The notes under the pieces are model-generated. The model did no database searches. It was not told where the DNA came from and worked only from the letters and a program-made list of their open reading frames with translations. DNA of 64,000 nt, from contig JAVYWZ010000001.1 in NCBI GenBank assembly GCA_038877255.1, positions 24,960-88,959 of the forward strand, in the 5' to 3' direction. Shown here piece by piece: positions 1-9,941 of the stretch (position 1 is the first letter of the stretch; each line of letters begins with the position of its first letter). The position numbers and the translations under genes are program-made. The DNA is from Candidatus Micrarchaeaceae archaeon. Lineage in GTDB: Archaea; Micrarchaeota; Micrarchaeia; Micrarchaeales; CABMGC01.

Positions 1-2648
1 ACCGCTAAACCGGAGGCGCCGGTACCCCATTCCTCTCGTACTAGGGGTGCCTTATCCTCTGACATTAACACCCTCAGTAGATACTACCGTCCTGCCTCGC
101 GGCGGACTTAACTCAGCTCATGTAGGTCTTTGACAGGCGAGCAGCCTGGCCCTTGGTGGCTTGTGCACCACCGGGATGACCTAAGCCCATATCGGTGTAT
201 CAAACGGCTGGGTCGATGTGAACTCTCACCAGCCACGAACCGGTTACCTCTAGAGTAACTTTTCTGACAGGTTGGAGCCCCGCTAAAAGAGCTGCCAACG
301 CTCGGTAAGCCCCTCTTTCGAGTCTGCACCCCCTGCTTTCCAGAGTACAGTCAACCCTGCATTTGCCTTTTAGCTTTACGGTGGGTTTCCAACCCACTTA
401 AGCAGAGCATTGGTCACTTTCGTTTCCTTATCGAAAGCAACCGCCCAATCTAACTACCCATCTGCCGCTGTTCCTTTTCGGTAAGTCGTGCCGCAAGAAT
501 AGAGTGGTGTTACATTGCCGCTCCGCATGCCCCGAAGAGCATGCATCGACGCTCCCACTTACGCTATGCAGTTCTAACAACACAACAACAACAGACTGTA
601 GTCAAGTTTCATAGAGACTTCGTTTCCCACTGAGGGTACGTGGCATGTACACCACGCAGTGAGTTCACCGGGCACCAGGTTGGGACATTGGGGGAGTCGT
701 TACGCCCTTCATGCAGGTCGCCTATCAAGCGACGAGGTATTACGCTACCTTAAGAGGGTCAGAGTTACCCCCGCTCTTTGCTAGCGTTTATCCCTTTTCA
801 GGGGTTTGCGTACTAGCGGTGAGCAGGCGTCACCCACTGTACAAAGCATTACTACTTAACAGTGAGTTGTGTTTTAAAGAAACAGTCGCTTCCCCTTTGT
901 TATTGCAATCTGCGCTTACTGAGCGCAGACATGGCTTATAGTTACCATATGCCACTAACTTGCCGAGTTCCCTAACCTGATTTATTCCCGACACGCCTTG
1001 GCTTTCTCAGCCAGCAGCACCTGTACTGGTTCTAGGTACGTTCAGCTACGATCGTTGCAGATTCTCTTTTCACGGGCTCAGGAATTCAGCCGATGTTCAT
1101 TTAGCTGCTTCTCCTCATAATGAGACTCCGCAGCCATTTGCACTTTGCAAGCGGCATATCCCCAAGCGTCAAGAATCTGCCTTGTGTTGCCACGCCTACG
1201 TAGCTGGCGCATGAATATTAACATGCTACCCTTTTGCAGAGTAGTTATTGGCTCTCTGCTTAGGAACGGCTAACTCCCCGTCAACGATTGTCGCGAGGAA
1301 ACCCGTGTGCTTCAGGCGTAAAGGATTCTTACCTTTATTTGATGTTACTAACACCAGGATTTTCTCTACTGCATTGTCCATACCTCCTCACGGAAGTACT
1401 TCTTGCAATGCAGCATGCCCTCCTACTCGTCCTTGCGGACGCAAGGGTATCGGTACCTAGTTTAGCCCCGTCCATCTTCAGAAGGCAACATCTCAATCGG
1501 TACGCTGTTACGCGTTTTTTGAAGGATGGCTGCTTCTGAGCCTACCTCCCGACTGTCTACGATGCTGCTTTCCTCCAACACACTTAACTAGGATTTGGGG
1601 ACCTTAACCCCTGTTACTGTCATTCCAGTCTCGTGGCGCTAGCTTACCCAACGCCGCCGACTCCCCATCTAAGCAGCGCATGCATTCGGAGTTTGACTAA
1701 GAAGCGGAAACTTTCGCTTCCGGCAACCTAATCGGTGGCTCTACCGCATGCGCAAGCTAAATGGAGGCTATCCTAAAGATACTTCGAAGGGGACCCGTTA
1801 TTGCCATGTTCGAACGGTCTATCGCCCCTACCCGCGACTCACCCAACAGGACACGCCATGACAGGTTGCGGGCCTCCATCAAGTATCAGCTTGACTTCGC
1901 CCTGGTCGCGCGTAGTTCACAATGGCTTCGGGTCATAAAAGAGTGACTCGGGCGCTTTCGCACCCACCCTTAACGGGTTTCGCTTTCGCTGCGCTATACG
2001 CTCGCCACTCCTATAAACTCCCTGGCTCTTGCTTCGAGAAGAATGATGGAACGCTACTCTGCGCGCTGCGCTCGCATATTACTATGCTTTGCTTCTGCGC
2101 GCTTCAATGCTCACGCTCTCACCTTCTTGTAACCACCTAGTTTCAGATCTTTTCACTCCCACACGTGTGGGTTCTTTTCAGCTTTCCCTCGCGGTACTTG
2201 TTCCCTATCGGTCTCTAGTCAATATTTAGGGTTGGAGTTTAACGCCCCATCTTCACATAGCATACTCGAGCTATGCTACTCTTTATGCAGCTATTGCGCG
2301 CGTGCTTCGCTTACGAGGCTGTCACTCTCTTTGGCGACCTTTTCCAAGGCCTTCAGCTCGCACACACGTAACTACTGCGCAACATCTCCATGCACTTGCG
2401 CACATGGATTCTGCACGCCCTACAGCGCTTTCACTCGCCGTTACTTGCGCTATCCCATTGGTTTCTTTTCCTGCGGGTACTAAGATGTTTCAATTCCCCG
2501 CGTCTGCATGCACCATTATACATAGTGCAATTCGGCAATCTCGGGTTCAAAGCCTGACCTGCGGCTACCCCGAGCTTTTCGCAGCTTGCCACGGCCTTAG
2601 CAGCTACTAGAGCCAAGCCATCCACTAAGTGGTTTAAAATGTTAATGT
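1..2648 (-). rRNA. rrl: 23S rRNA, 3' end runs off the window start; 5' boundary approximate
   Basis: Reverse complement has the sarcin-ricin loop AGTACGAGAGG (~31-41), domain V PTC-like segments and a 5' GTGGATGGCTTGGCTC motif near 2610-2627. No 16S gene lies upstream. Confidence 0.97.
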
Positions 2649-2921
2649 CTTTGTTCGCTCCCAATCAAATCAATTGCTTTCGCAATCTCATAAGCAAGAA
2701 AGGTCGGCTATGCTAAGCCCCTTATTTTCACAAAGCAAACAGAGCCTGCTCTCAAATAAGTTCCTTTACAAGCTCGGTGCGTGCATAAAAGCACCAAACA
2801 ATATTTTGCTAAGCAATATTTAAATAGGTTACTATGAAGCAGCAAGCAAACGCATGTGTTGTAAACCAAAAGAATTTAAGAACTCAATGCCATACAATAA
2901 GAGTCAGTGCAGAGAGATTCA

Positions 2922-3986
2922 ATGGGACACAGAATAAGGGTATCTTTAGTAGGAGAATTTAGGCTTTCAGCTGGCGGCGTAGGCAGGTACTCGATTGAAT
3001 TGGGCAAGCAGCTGGAAAAAAGAGCAGACGTATGTTACATAGGCAGAAAAGAAACTCTGAATAAAGCCAAGTTGAAGCTTTTTGGTCTTAAGCTAAACAA
3101 TTGCGATCTGGTTCACGCAACGTTCCCAAGCGTCGCAAAAATAAATACATGCAGGCCACTCATCGTCACATACCATGACAGCATGTTCATCACAAGATAC
3201 GCAAAGACAACAGTGCTGCAGCCAAAAAATTATATACACAAGATTTTAGAGAGAAGCTCAGCACGATACAATTTTGCAAATGCAGACGCAATAATAAGCG
3301 TGAGCTCTATAGCACAGAAAGAGATGCTTGCTCTTATGAAGAGCTTCAAAATAAACATGGAAGACAAGACCTACGAGGTCATTAACAATGGCCTTTCAGA
3401 CATTTTCATAAAGGCAAAGCCCGGCGCGCGCAGAAAAGATTTTATCTACATAGGAACAGTGCATTTGCCGCATAAGAACTTTGGCATGCTTCTTGAAGTC
3501 TTCTCAAAAATCGCTGATTCAGATCCAAATGCAAAACTGCACATTTTCACCCCTACAAAAAGAGAGATTGCAGAAAAGATCATTGAAGATAAAATGATAG
3601 GAAATGAAGAAGCAAAGGCTAGGGTAATAATTCATCAAAACGAGCCTGACGAAAAGCTTGTTGAGCAACTCAGGCACAGCGTTGCTCTACTGCATTTAAG
3701 CAAGGAGGAAGGATTTGGAATAACAATACTTGAAGCAATGGCTGTTGGAACGCCGGTATTGACGTTAAAAGACGCACTTATTCCAGAAGAAGTCAGGAAG
3801 TTCGCTTTCAAGGGCAGCGTAGATGAGATCGAAAGCCAGGCTCTGCGGCTGCTCGCCAATCCGCAAAGCACAAGCAAGAACGCAATAAATTATGCGAAAA
3901 GCTTTACTTGGGGCAATGCTGCTGAAAAGGCACTGAATCTTTATAAAAAAATATTAAAGAAGCACAATGTAAAATGTAAAATGTAA
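2922..3986 (+). CDS. Glycosyltransferase family 4 (GT-B)
   Basis: N-terminal GGVGRY and C-terminal EEGFGITILEAMAVGTPV (EX7E) motifs. ATG at 2922 preferred over GTG 2907. Confidence 0.9.
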   Translation: MGHRIRVSLVGEFRLSAGGVGRYSIELGKQLEKRADVCYIGRKETLNKAKLKLFGLKLNNCDLVHATFPSVAKINTCRPLIVTYHDSMFITRYAKTTVLQPKNYIHKILERSSARYNFANADAIISVSSIAQKEMLALMKSFKINMEDKTYEVINNGLSDIFIKAKPGARRKDFIYIGTVHLPHKNFGMLLEVFSKIADSDPNAKLHIFTPTKREIAEKIIEDKMIGNEEAKARVIIHQNEPDEKLVEQLRHSVALLHLSKEEGFGITILEAMAVGTPVLTLKDALIPEEVRKFAFKGSVDEIESQALRLLANPQSTSKNAINYAKSFTWGNAAEKALNLYKKILKKHNVKCKM

Positions 3987-3994
3987 ATAAGCAA

Positions 3995-4130
3995 GTAACA
4001 TTAGCGCCCAACTTAAGTTTGGGAGCTTCAAGGGCTTGATTGGTCGTCATGATGCCACACGTAGGTAACTCTTGCGAGTATTCAATGTTCAAGTATATTC
4101 ATTGATGGTTTTACATCTTCAGTTGCTCTT
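3995..4130 (-). mobile_element. IS200/IS605 right-end remnant with decayed tnpB 3' end
   Basis: Minus strand reads EDVKPSMNIL (like TnpB DRDxNAAxNIL), then hairpin GAAGCTCCCAAACTTAAGTTGGG...AATGTTAC. 43 bp are shared with 25756-25798. Confidence 0.6.
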
Positions 4131-4290
4131 GCAACCACTTATTTACCCATGTTTCTTGTACAAAATAATATAACCCATACTACCGATGATAAATAGAGAC
4201 TTTTTTAGTTTACTTATTTCTTAAATGAACAAGAGTTAAGGTTAAAATATATTAATATAGATAGATATTGCAAGTATAGAGTAAGATTAA

Positions 4291-4986
4291 ATGCCGATTC
4301 CGTATGTTATAGGCTTAATACCAGACGGCAACAGACGCTGGGCCCGCAAGCATGCGCTTGACCTTGCAGAAGCATATGGCGTTGGCGTTAAAAAGTTTAT
4401 AAGCTTTGCTGAATGGTGCAAAGATTACGGCATCAAGAACATAGTGGTATGGGCATTTTCCACGGAAAACTTCAAAAGAACCGTGTTTGAGAAACATATG
4501 CTGTTTTCGCTCTACCAGCGCGTTTTCTCCGACAGGGCGATAATAAATCGCTTGCACAAAAACAAGACACGGTTCAGGGCTATAGGCGAGCTATGGCGCC
4601 TGCCTAAAAGCCTTCAACAAACCTTGAACGGCGTTGAAAAAGAGACAAGCAATTACAAGGAAAGAATTATCAATATGCTTATAGCTTATGGAGGGAGAGA
4701 TGACATACTCCACGCAGCAAAATCAATAGCAGAAAGGTACGCGGCACGAAGGCCTAGCGGGCTCAACCAAAACTCGCTGAGAAGGTTCATGCTTTCTTCA
4801 AACGTTCCTGACCTGGATCTTATAATAAGGACATCGGGCGAGGAGCGCCTTTCTGGATTCATGCCTTGGCAATCAGCATACTCAGAACTTTACTTCTCAA
4901 GGAAGTTGTGGCCCGAATTCACAAAACACGACCTTTCGAACGCAATCTCAGAGTATAACAGAAGGCAAAGAAGATTCGGCAAATAA
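4291..4986 (+). CDS. uppS: cis-prenyltransferase (undecaprenyl/polyprenyl diphosphate synthase)
   Basis: IPDGNRRWA, FSTENFKR, YGGRDDI and DLIIRTSGEERLSGF motifs. Confidence 0.95.
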   Translation: MPIPYVIGLIPDGNRRWARKHALDLAEAYGVGVKKFISFAEWCKDYGIKNIVVWAFSTENFKRTVFEKHMLFSLYQRVFSDRAIINRLHKNKTRFRAIGELWRLPKSLQQTLNGVEKETSNYKERIINMLIAYGGRDDILHAAKSIAERYAARRPSGLNQNSLRRFMLSSNVPDLDLIIRTSGEERLSGFMPWQSAYSELYFSRKLWPEFTKHDLSNAISEYNRRQRRFGK

Positions 4987-5006
4987 TTGGTTTATTTGGT
5001 AAAGAA

Positions 5007-6872
5007 ATGCCAGGAACAGACACCGTAACGCACTATTCCAAGTATTTTAAGTTAAATGCACCCAACAGCGCAACAGAAGCATCATTGATGCTTGCAATAG
5101 GCCTCGTTGCCGGTGCACTGGCAATGTTTATAGCACATTACAGCGCAAGCATAGACTCTAGGCTGCTTGTTATAGGTGCGAGCATAGGCATAATGATAAT
5201 AAGCATACCTGCGCTGCTTACTGTGCTTTTTATAAAAGCGATAAATTGGCACATGCACCTAAAGCATGCACTCTTCTCGACAAACATAATCGTGCTATTC
5301 TATAGCGCGTTTTTCATAATAGCTGCTGTGTTGTTTAAAATAGCGAATACTAACGGAGTGGTGATAGCTTACGCTGTGCTGCTGCTTGCAAACGCAGGCA
5401 TATACGGCTACTGGTTCGTAATGGGCAATGTAGTAATAGGGCTGAGAAAGAGAAATGCAGTATTGTCATCTGCTATACAGCCTGTGCTCAACGTGCTTTT
5501 CTTCATGCCGTTTTCCGTATACGTATTCGGAGTCAACTTTCCGCTTAATATAACGCTTGTAAAGCTTGTTGCAGGCATGTTTATCTTCTTAGTAGCAAGC
5601 TACGCGTTTTTGTATGCAGTAGACAGGCCGCCTAAAAGGCTTCTTGGCGAGAGCGGGGTGAAAATGATGAGCTCCATGCTCAGCTACTGGCTTTACAATC
5701 TCTCTGGGGATACGCGGCTCATAGGGGAGAATGCTGCAGCGCACAGAATTGCAGATATAGACATAATAACAATAACAACAAGGCAGGGAAAAAATATAGG
5801 CAAAAGCGGTTACGCAGCGGTGCTTGTCAATCCAGATATACACTTTGGTCCGTTCGCAAACGCCGGAGGCAGCGTAGCTACCGCATACATAGGCAACAAG
5901 ATTGAAAAGGCGTATGGCGCAGCGCCATTTGTTTTGCACAGCACAGTTGACCTTCGCGACAATCCGGTAAGTGCCTCACAAGTCTTCAGAATGTCAAATG
6001 AGATAATTTCAAAAATAAACGAAAGAAAAGGCATGCGCCAAGCTGTCGGTTCTGTCTCTTTTGGCGCATACCGCATGTGCAAAGCGATAGACATAAAGCT
6101 TGACAATACAAGGCTTTTCATACTTACAAAGGCGCCTTATGTAACTGAAGACATTGCAAAGTCAGTAGGCAGCGAGCTCAAAACGTTTGCAAAGGAAAAG
6201 TCAAAGAGCGAAAACGTTGTGCTAATCGATGCCCACAACTCGCGCTTCGAATCTGCTCAAAAGGACGAGCTGAGAGGGGTGTACGAGGGCAGCGCCTATG
6301 CGGAATATTACAAGAAGGCAATTGCAGCTGCTATAGAAAAGGAGCAAAATTATAAAATGGGAATGGGCTTCGCGCATAGAAGGCTTAGCGAACTCATAGG
6401 CAAACGCAAGGATATTGGCGAAGGCTACACGAGCGTGTGTGTTATAGAATATGGCAAAAAGCGCTTCTGCGTTGTTTACTTTGATGCAAATAATGCGCTC
6501 CCAAGTTTCAGGAAAGAAGTAATAAAGCACATTCGCGAAAAATTCAAAATGAACGCCGAGATCTGCACTACTGATACGCATTCTATAAACATGCTCTCCG
6601 AAGACGCAGGCACCGCGCTTGGTAGATACACAAAGCCGAGCGACGTCATTCCTGCATTGGACCTGCTCATAGGTTATGCCATAGGCAGCGTTGGCAATGC
6701 TTACTTTGCATACAGCGACTTGCACTTAGAAAATTTCATGGTCTGGGGCCCTAATGCTTACAAACTAATAGAAGAAACCGGCACTGAAATAAGAAGAACG
6801 ATTAAGCGTGTAACACCTTTCATAATATTGACAGCATTCATAATTGCAGCTTGGATTATTTCATTTGTCTAG
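5007..6872 (+). CDS. DUF2070-like membrane protein
   Basis: N-terminal multi-TM region, soluble domain with HFGPF, DAHNS, DANN and TTDTH motifs, C-terminal TM. Confidence 0.8.
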   Translation: MPGTDTVTHYSKYFKLNAPNSATEASLMLAIGLVAGALAMFIAHYSASIDSRLLVIGASIGIMIISIPALLTVLFIKAINWHMHLKHALFSTNIIVLFYSAFFIIAAVLFKIANTNGVVIAYAVLLLANAGIYGYWFVMGNVVIGLRKRNAVLSSAIQPVLNVLFFMPFSVYVFGVNFPLNITLVKLVAGMFIFLVASYAFLYAVDRPPKRLLGESGVKMMSSMLSYWLYNLSGDTRLIGENAAAHRIADIDIITITTRQGKNIGKSGYAAVLVNPDIHFGPFANAGGSVATAYIGNKIEKAYGAAPFVLHSTVDLRDNPVSASQVFRMSNEIISKINERKGMRQAVGSVSFGAYRMCKAIDIKLDNTRLFILTKAPYVTEDIAKSVGSELKTFAKEKSKSENVVLIDAHNSRFESAQKDELRGVYEGSAYAEYYKKAIAAAIEKEQNYKMGMGFAHRRLSELIGKRKDIGEGYTSVCVIEYGKKRFCVVYFDANNALPSFRKEVIKHIREKFKMNAEICTTDTHSINMLSEDAGTALGRYTKPSDVIPALDLLIGYAIGSVGNAYFAYSDLHLENFMVWGPNAYKLIEETGTEIRRTIKRVTPFIILTAFIIAAWIISFV

Positions 6873-6886
6873 CATAAGGTCTTTGC

Positions 6887-7801
6887 TTGCAATACATATT
6901 CGCAATCGACTATCTAATGGCATTGGCGCTTGTTTTTTATGCAGCGTTTGCAGGCAGAAGAAAGTTCCTTGTAATGCTCTTTATCAGCGTGCTGTTAGCA
7001 TTTGCAACTGCAAACATAGAGCACGCGAGCACACCTTTGCTTATTTCAGGTACGATCATAATGGCATTTTTCATAAAAACTACAGGAGGCAGGTTCAATT
7101 TCATTATGCTGCCGCCGGCGTTATTTTATTTCTTCTCTGTAATACCGTCAATTGCCCTTGAAGCGCAGGCGCTTCTTTTTGGCATGCTGTCTGGTGTCGC
7201 ATACGTGCCCATTCAAAAAGCGGCAAAGAAGGAAAAAAGAGTAGAGATCAGTAGAGATATTGCACAAATAATCATAGGCATAGCCGCAATAGCGCTTTTT
7301 GCTGCAATGGGCATTGCTGCAGACCAGACAATAGTGCTGCTCATTCTTCTGCTCACATGCGTAGGCAGCTATGCGATGTTAAGACCCCGCTCTGCCATGT
7401 CAAAGTATATAGCTGCACTTGAACGAGAGGGGGTTGCGCTTGGCGTAGGCGCATTTTGGCTAGCATTTGGCGCAGTGCTCGCAATTTCATTCATAACAAA
7501 TGAGGCATATTTAATAACAGTACTCATTGCGCTCTTCTTTGGTGACAGCCTTGCTACTATATTGGGCATTAATTTTGGCAGGCACACACTCTTTTATAAT
7601 AAGAACAAAAGTGCAGAAGGCACTTTGGCATTTTTTGTCATAGTATCCATTCTTGCATATCCGTTAATAGGAATTGCCTCTCTGCTCTTTGCTGCTGTTG
7701 CAGCAATTACCGAAACTGCAAAAATTGGAATCGATGACAATATTTCAATCTCCCTTGTTCTAGTCTTATTGTACTATGTTTTGTACGTGTTGCATGTTTG
7801 A
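6887..7801 (+). CDS. Polyprenol/dolichol/phytol kinase-like membrane protein (CTP-transferase family)
   Basis: Hydrophobic; GDSLATILG, KSAEG and DDN motifs. Confidence 0.75.
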   Translation: MQYIFAIDYLMALALVFYAAFAGRRKFLVMLFISVLLAFATANIEHASTPLLISGTIIMAFFIKTTGGRFNFIMLPPALFYFFSVIPSIALEAQALLFGMLSGVAYVPIQKAAKKEKRVEISRDIAQIIIGIAAIALFAAMGIAADQTIVLLILLLTCVGSYAMLRPRSAMSKYIAALEREGVALGVGAFWLAFGAVLAISFITNEAYLITVLIALFFGDSLATILGINFGRHTLFYNKNKSAEGTLAFFVIVSILAYPLIGIASLLFAAVAAITETAKIGIDDNISISLVLVLLYYVLYVLHV

Positions 7802-7894
7802 GCTATTGGTTCAATGCTGAATCTGTTTTATAGTTTACAGCAATTCAACTAAATATTAATATTTTGTTTGCATATATATTAAGGGAGTGATCGC

Positions 7895-8965
7895 TTGATA
7901 AAAAATGTTGCTAATTTTGAAATAAAGTATATGCAGATTTTAAGCGAAGATGGCACTGTTGATAAATCACTTCTTCCTGGCGACCTGAACAATGAGAAAA
8001 TAATCAGCATGTACAAATACATGAATTTTGCGCGTGCGCTTGACACAAAAACACTTAGTTTGCAGAGGCAGGGGCGCGCAGTAACATATGCTCCGTTAGT
8101 GGGCGAGGAGGCAACGCAAGTTGGAAGCGCAATGGCTATGCGTGCGAATGATATTTTTGTACCCAACTTTAGGCAGCATGCGGTATATTTGATAAGAGGC
8201 TTGCCTCTTGAGCTCTATTTCATATACTGGAGGGGGTTTGAAGAAGGAGGCGCAATACCAAAAAACGTTAACGGCTTGCCAGTAATAGTGCCTGTCGCAT
8301 CGCAAGTGCCTCATGCAGTAGGCTTTGCTTTTGCACAAAAATACAAAAGCACAGGTAATGCAGTAATTACCTATGTCGGAGACGGCGGCACATCTGAAGG
8401 AGATTTCTACGAGGCGATAAACTTTGCCGGCGTATTCAAGCTGCCTCTGGTTATAATAATAGAGAATAACCAATGGGCAATTTCAGTTCCAAGAAGAAAG
8501 CAAACTGCAGCGGAAACGCTTGCACAAAAAGGCATCGCAGCAGGCATAGATTCAGTTCAGGTAGATGGCAATGATGTGTTTGCAGTTTACAAAGCAACAA
8601 AAGATGCCATTGAAGCTTCTAAGGAAAAGCCGACAATAATAGAATGCATTACATACAGAATGAGTATGCACACTACAGCTGACGACCCGACAAAGTACAG
8701 GACAGATGAGGAAGTAGAGGAGTGGCGCAAAAAAGACCCCATAGACAGGCTTAAAAAGTATATTTACGCAAATGGCCTTTGGAATGATGAAAAGGAAAAT
8801 GCCATGAGGGAAGAGCAGGCAAACGCGATAGACGCTGCTGTTGAAAAGGCTGAACAATTCAAGCCCGATCCGAAGAGCATGTTTGAAAATGTTTATAGCT
8901 TCATGCCGGACGTTCTGAAAGAAGAATACGATGAAAGTGTAAAAGAAAACTTCTGGCAGGAGTAG
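7895..8965 (+). CDS. pdhA: 2-oxoacid (pyruvate) dehydrogenase E1 alpha
   Basis: TPP motif GDGGTSEGDF...ENNQWAIS; YRMSMHTTADDP. Confidence 0.95.
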   Translation: MIKNVANFEIKYMQILSEDGTVDKSLLPGDLNNEKIISMYKYMNFARALDTKTLSLQRQGRAVTYAPLVGEEATQVGSAMAMRANDIFVPNFRQHAVYLIRGLPLELYFIYWRGFEEGGAIPKNVNGLPVIVPVASQVPHAVGFAFAQKYKSTGNAVITYVGDGGTSEGDFYEAINFAGVFKLPLVIIIENNQWAISVPRRKQTAAETLAQKGIAAGIDSVQVDGNDVFAVYKATKDAIEASKEKPTIIECITYRMSMHTTADDPTKYRTDEEVEEWRKKDPIDRLKKYIYANGLWNDEKENAMREEQANAIDAAVEKAEQFKPDPKSMFENVYSFMPDVLKEEYDESVKENFWQE

Positions 8966-9940
8966 GTGACAGAAATGCAGATGAATATGGTAAATGCAAT
9001 CAACAATGCGCTCGCGCAGATAATGGAAGAGAACGAGAATGTTGTTTTGCTGGGCGAAGACATAGGTAAGGATGGCGGCGTATTCAGAGTAACGGAAGGC
9101 CTGCTTGACAAATTTGGAGAGAATAGGGTCATTGATACGCCTCTGGCAGAATCTGCAATAATCGGCACTTCTATAGGTATGGCCCTTGCAGGCCTGCACC
9201 CAATACCAGAAATACAGTTCGCTGGCTTCATGTACGAGAGCTTTGAGCAGTTTGTAAGTCATGCGGCACGATACAGAAGCAGGACTAGGTCAACATTTAC
9301 AGTACCTATGACCGTAAGGGTTCCTGTCAGCGGCGGCGTAAAAACCCTTGAGCATCATTCTGAGAGTCCTGAAGCATTCTATTCGCACATAGGAGGGCTT
9401 ATCGTTGTAGAGCCATCAAATCCATATGACGCTAAAGGACTTCTGATAAAAGCAGCGCACATGAATGATCCTACGCTATTTTTAGAGCCGACCAAACTAT
9501 ACAGGCTCTTCAAGCAAGACGTGCCTGAAGACCCATATGAGGTAGAAATAGGCAAAGCAAACAAATTAAGCGAAGGCAATGACTTGACAATAGTAACATA
9601 CGGAACCATGGTAAAGGTTGTAGAAGAGGCGGTTGCAAAAAAGAATGTAGATGCTGAAATAATAGACCTGAGAACAATAAACCCGCTTGACGAATCTACA
9701 ATAATAAGCAGCGTGAAAAAGACTGGCAAGTTGATAATAGTACATGAAGCAGAACTTAGTTTCGGCGTAGGTGCCGAAATTGCAGCAAGAGTTGCGGAAA
9801 AAGCGATATACGACCTTGATGCACCAATACTTAGGGTTGCATCAAACAGCTTCCCATACCCGTTCCCTGGCTACGAACAATATTACATACCTAATGAAGT
9901 CAAGGTTGGAAAAGCAATAGATGAAATAATGTCGCAGTGA
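8966..9940 (+). CDS. pdhB: 2-oxoacid (pyruvate) dehydrogenase E1 beta
   Basis: GEDIGKDGGVFRVT, DTPLAES, EIQF and HHSESPE motifs. Confidence 0.95.
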   Translation: MTEMQMNMVNAINNALAQIMEENENVVLLGEDIGKDGGVFRVTEGLLDKFGENRVIDTPLAESAIIGTSIGMALAGLHPIPEIQFAGFMYESFEQFVSHAARYRSRTRSTFTVPMTVRVPVSGGVKTLEHHSESPEAFYSHIGGLIVVEPSNPYDAKGLLIKAAHMNDPTLFLEPTKLYRLFKQDVPEDPYEVEIGKANKLSEGNDLTIVTYGTMVKVVEEAVAKKNVDAEIIDLRTINPLDESTIISSVKKTGKLIIVHEAELSFGVGAEIAARVAEKAIYDLDAPILRVASNSFPYPFPGYEQYYIPNEVKVGKAIDEIMSQ

Positions 9941-9941
9941 T

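Noticed and set aside
108..2664. Short ORFs overlapping the 23S rRNA
   Set aside because: Spurious frames within rRNA; length from SRL to 5' end leaves no room for an intron-encoded endonuclease.
4064..4083. 13-bp match TAACTCTTGCGAG shared with 62348-62360
   Set aside because: Too short, and in inconsistent element orientation, to interpret.
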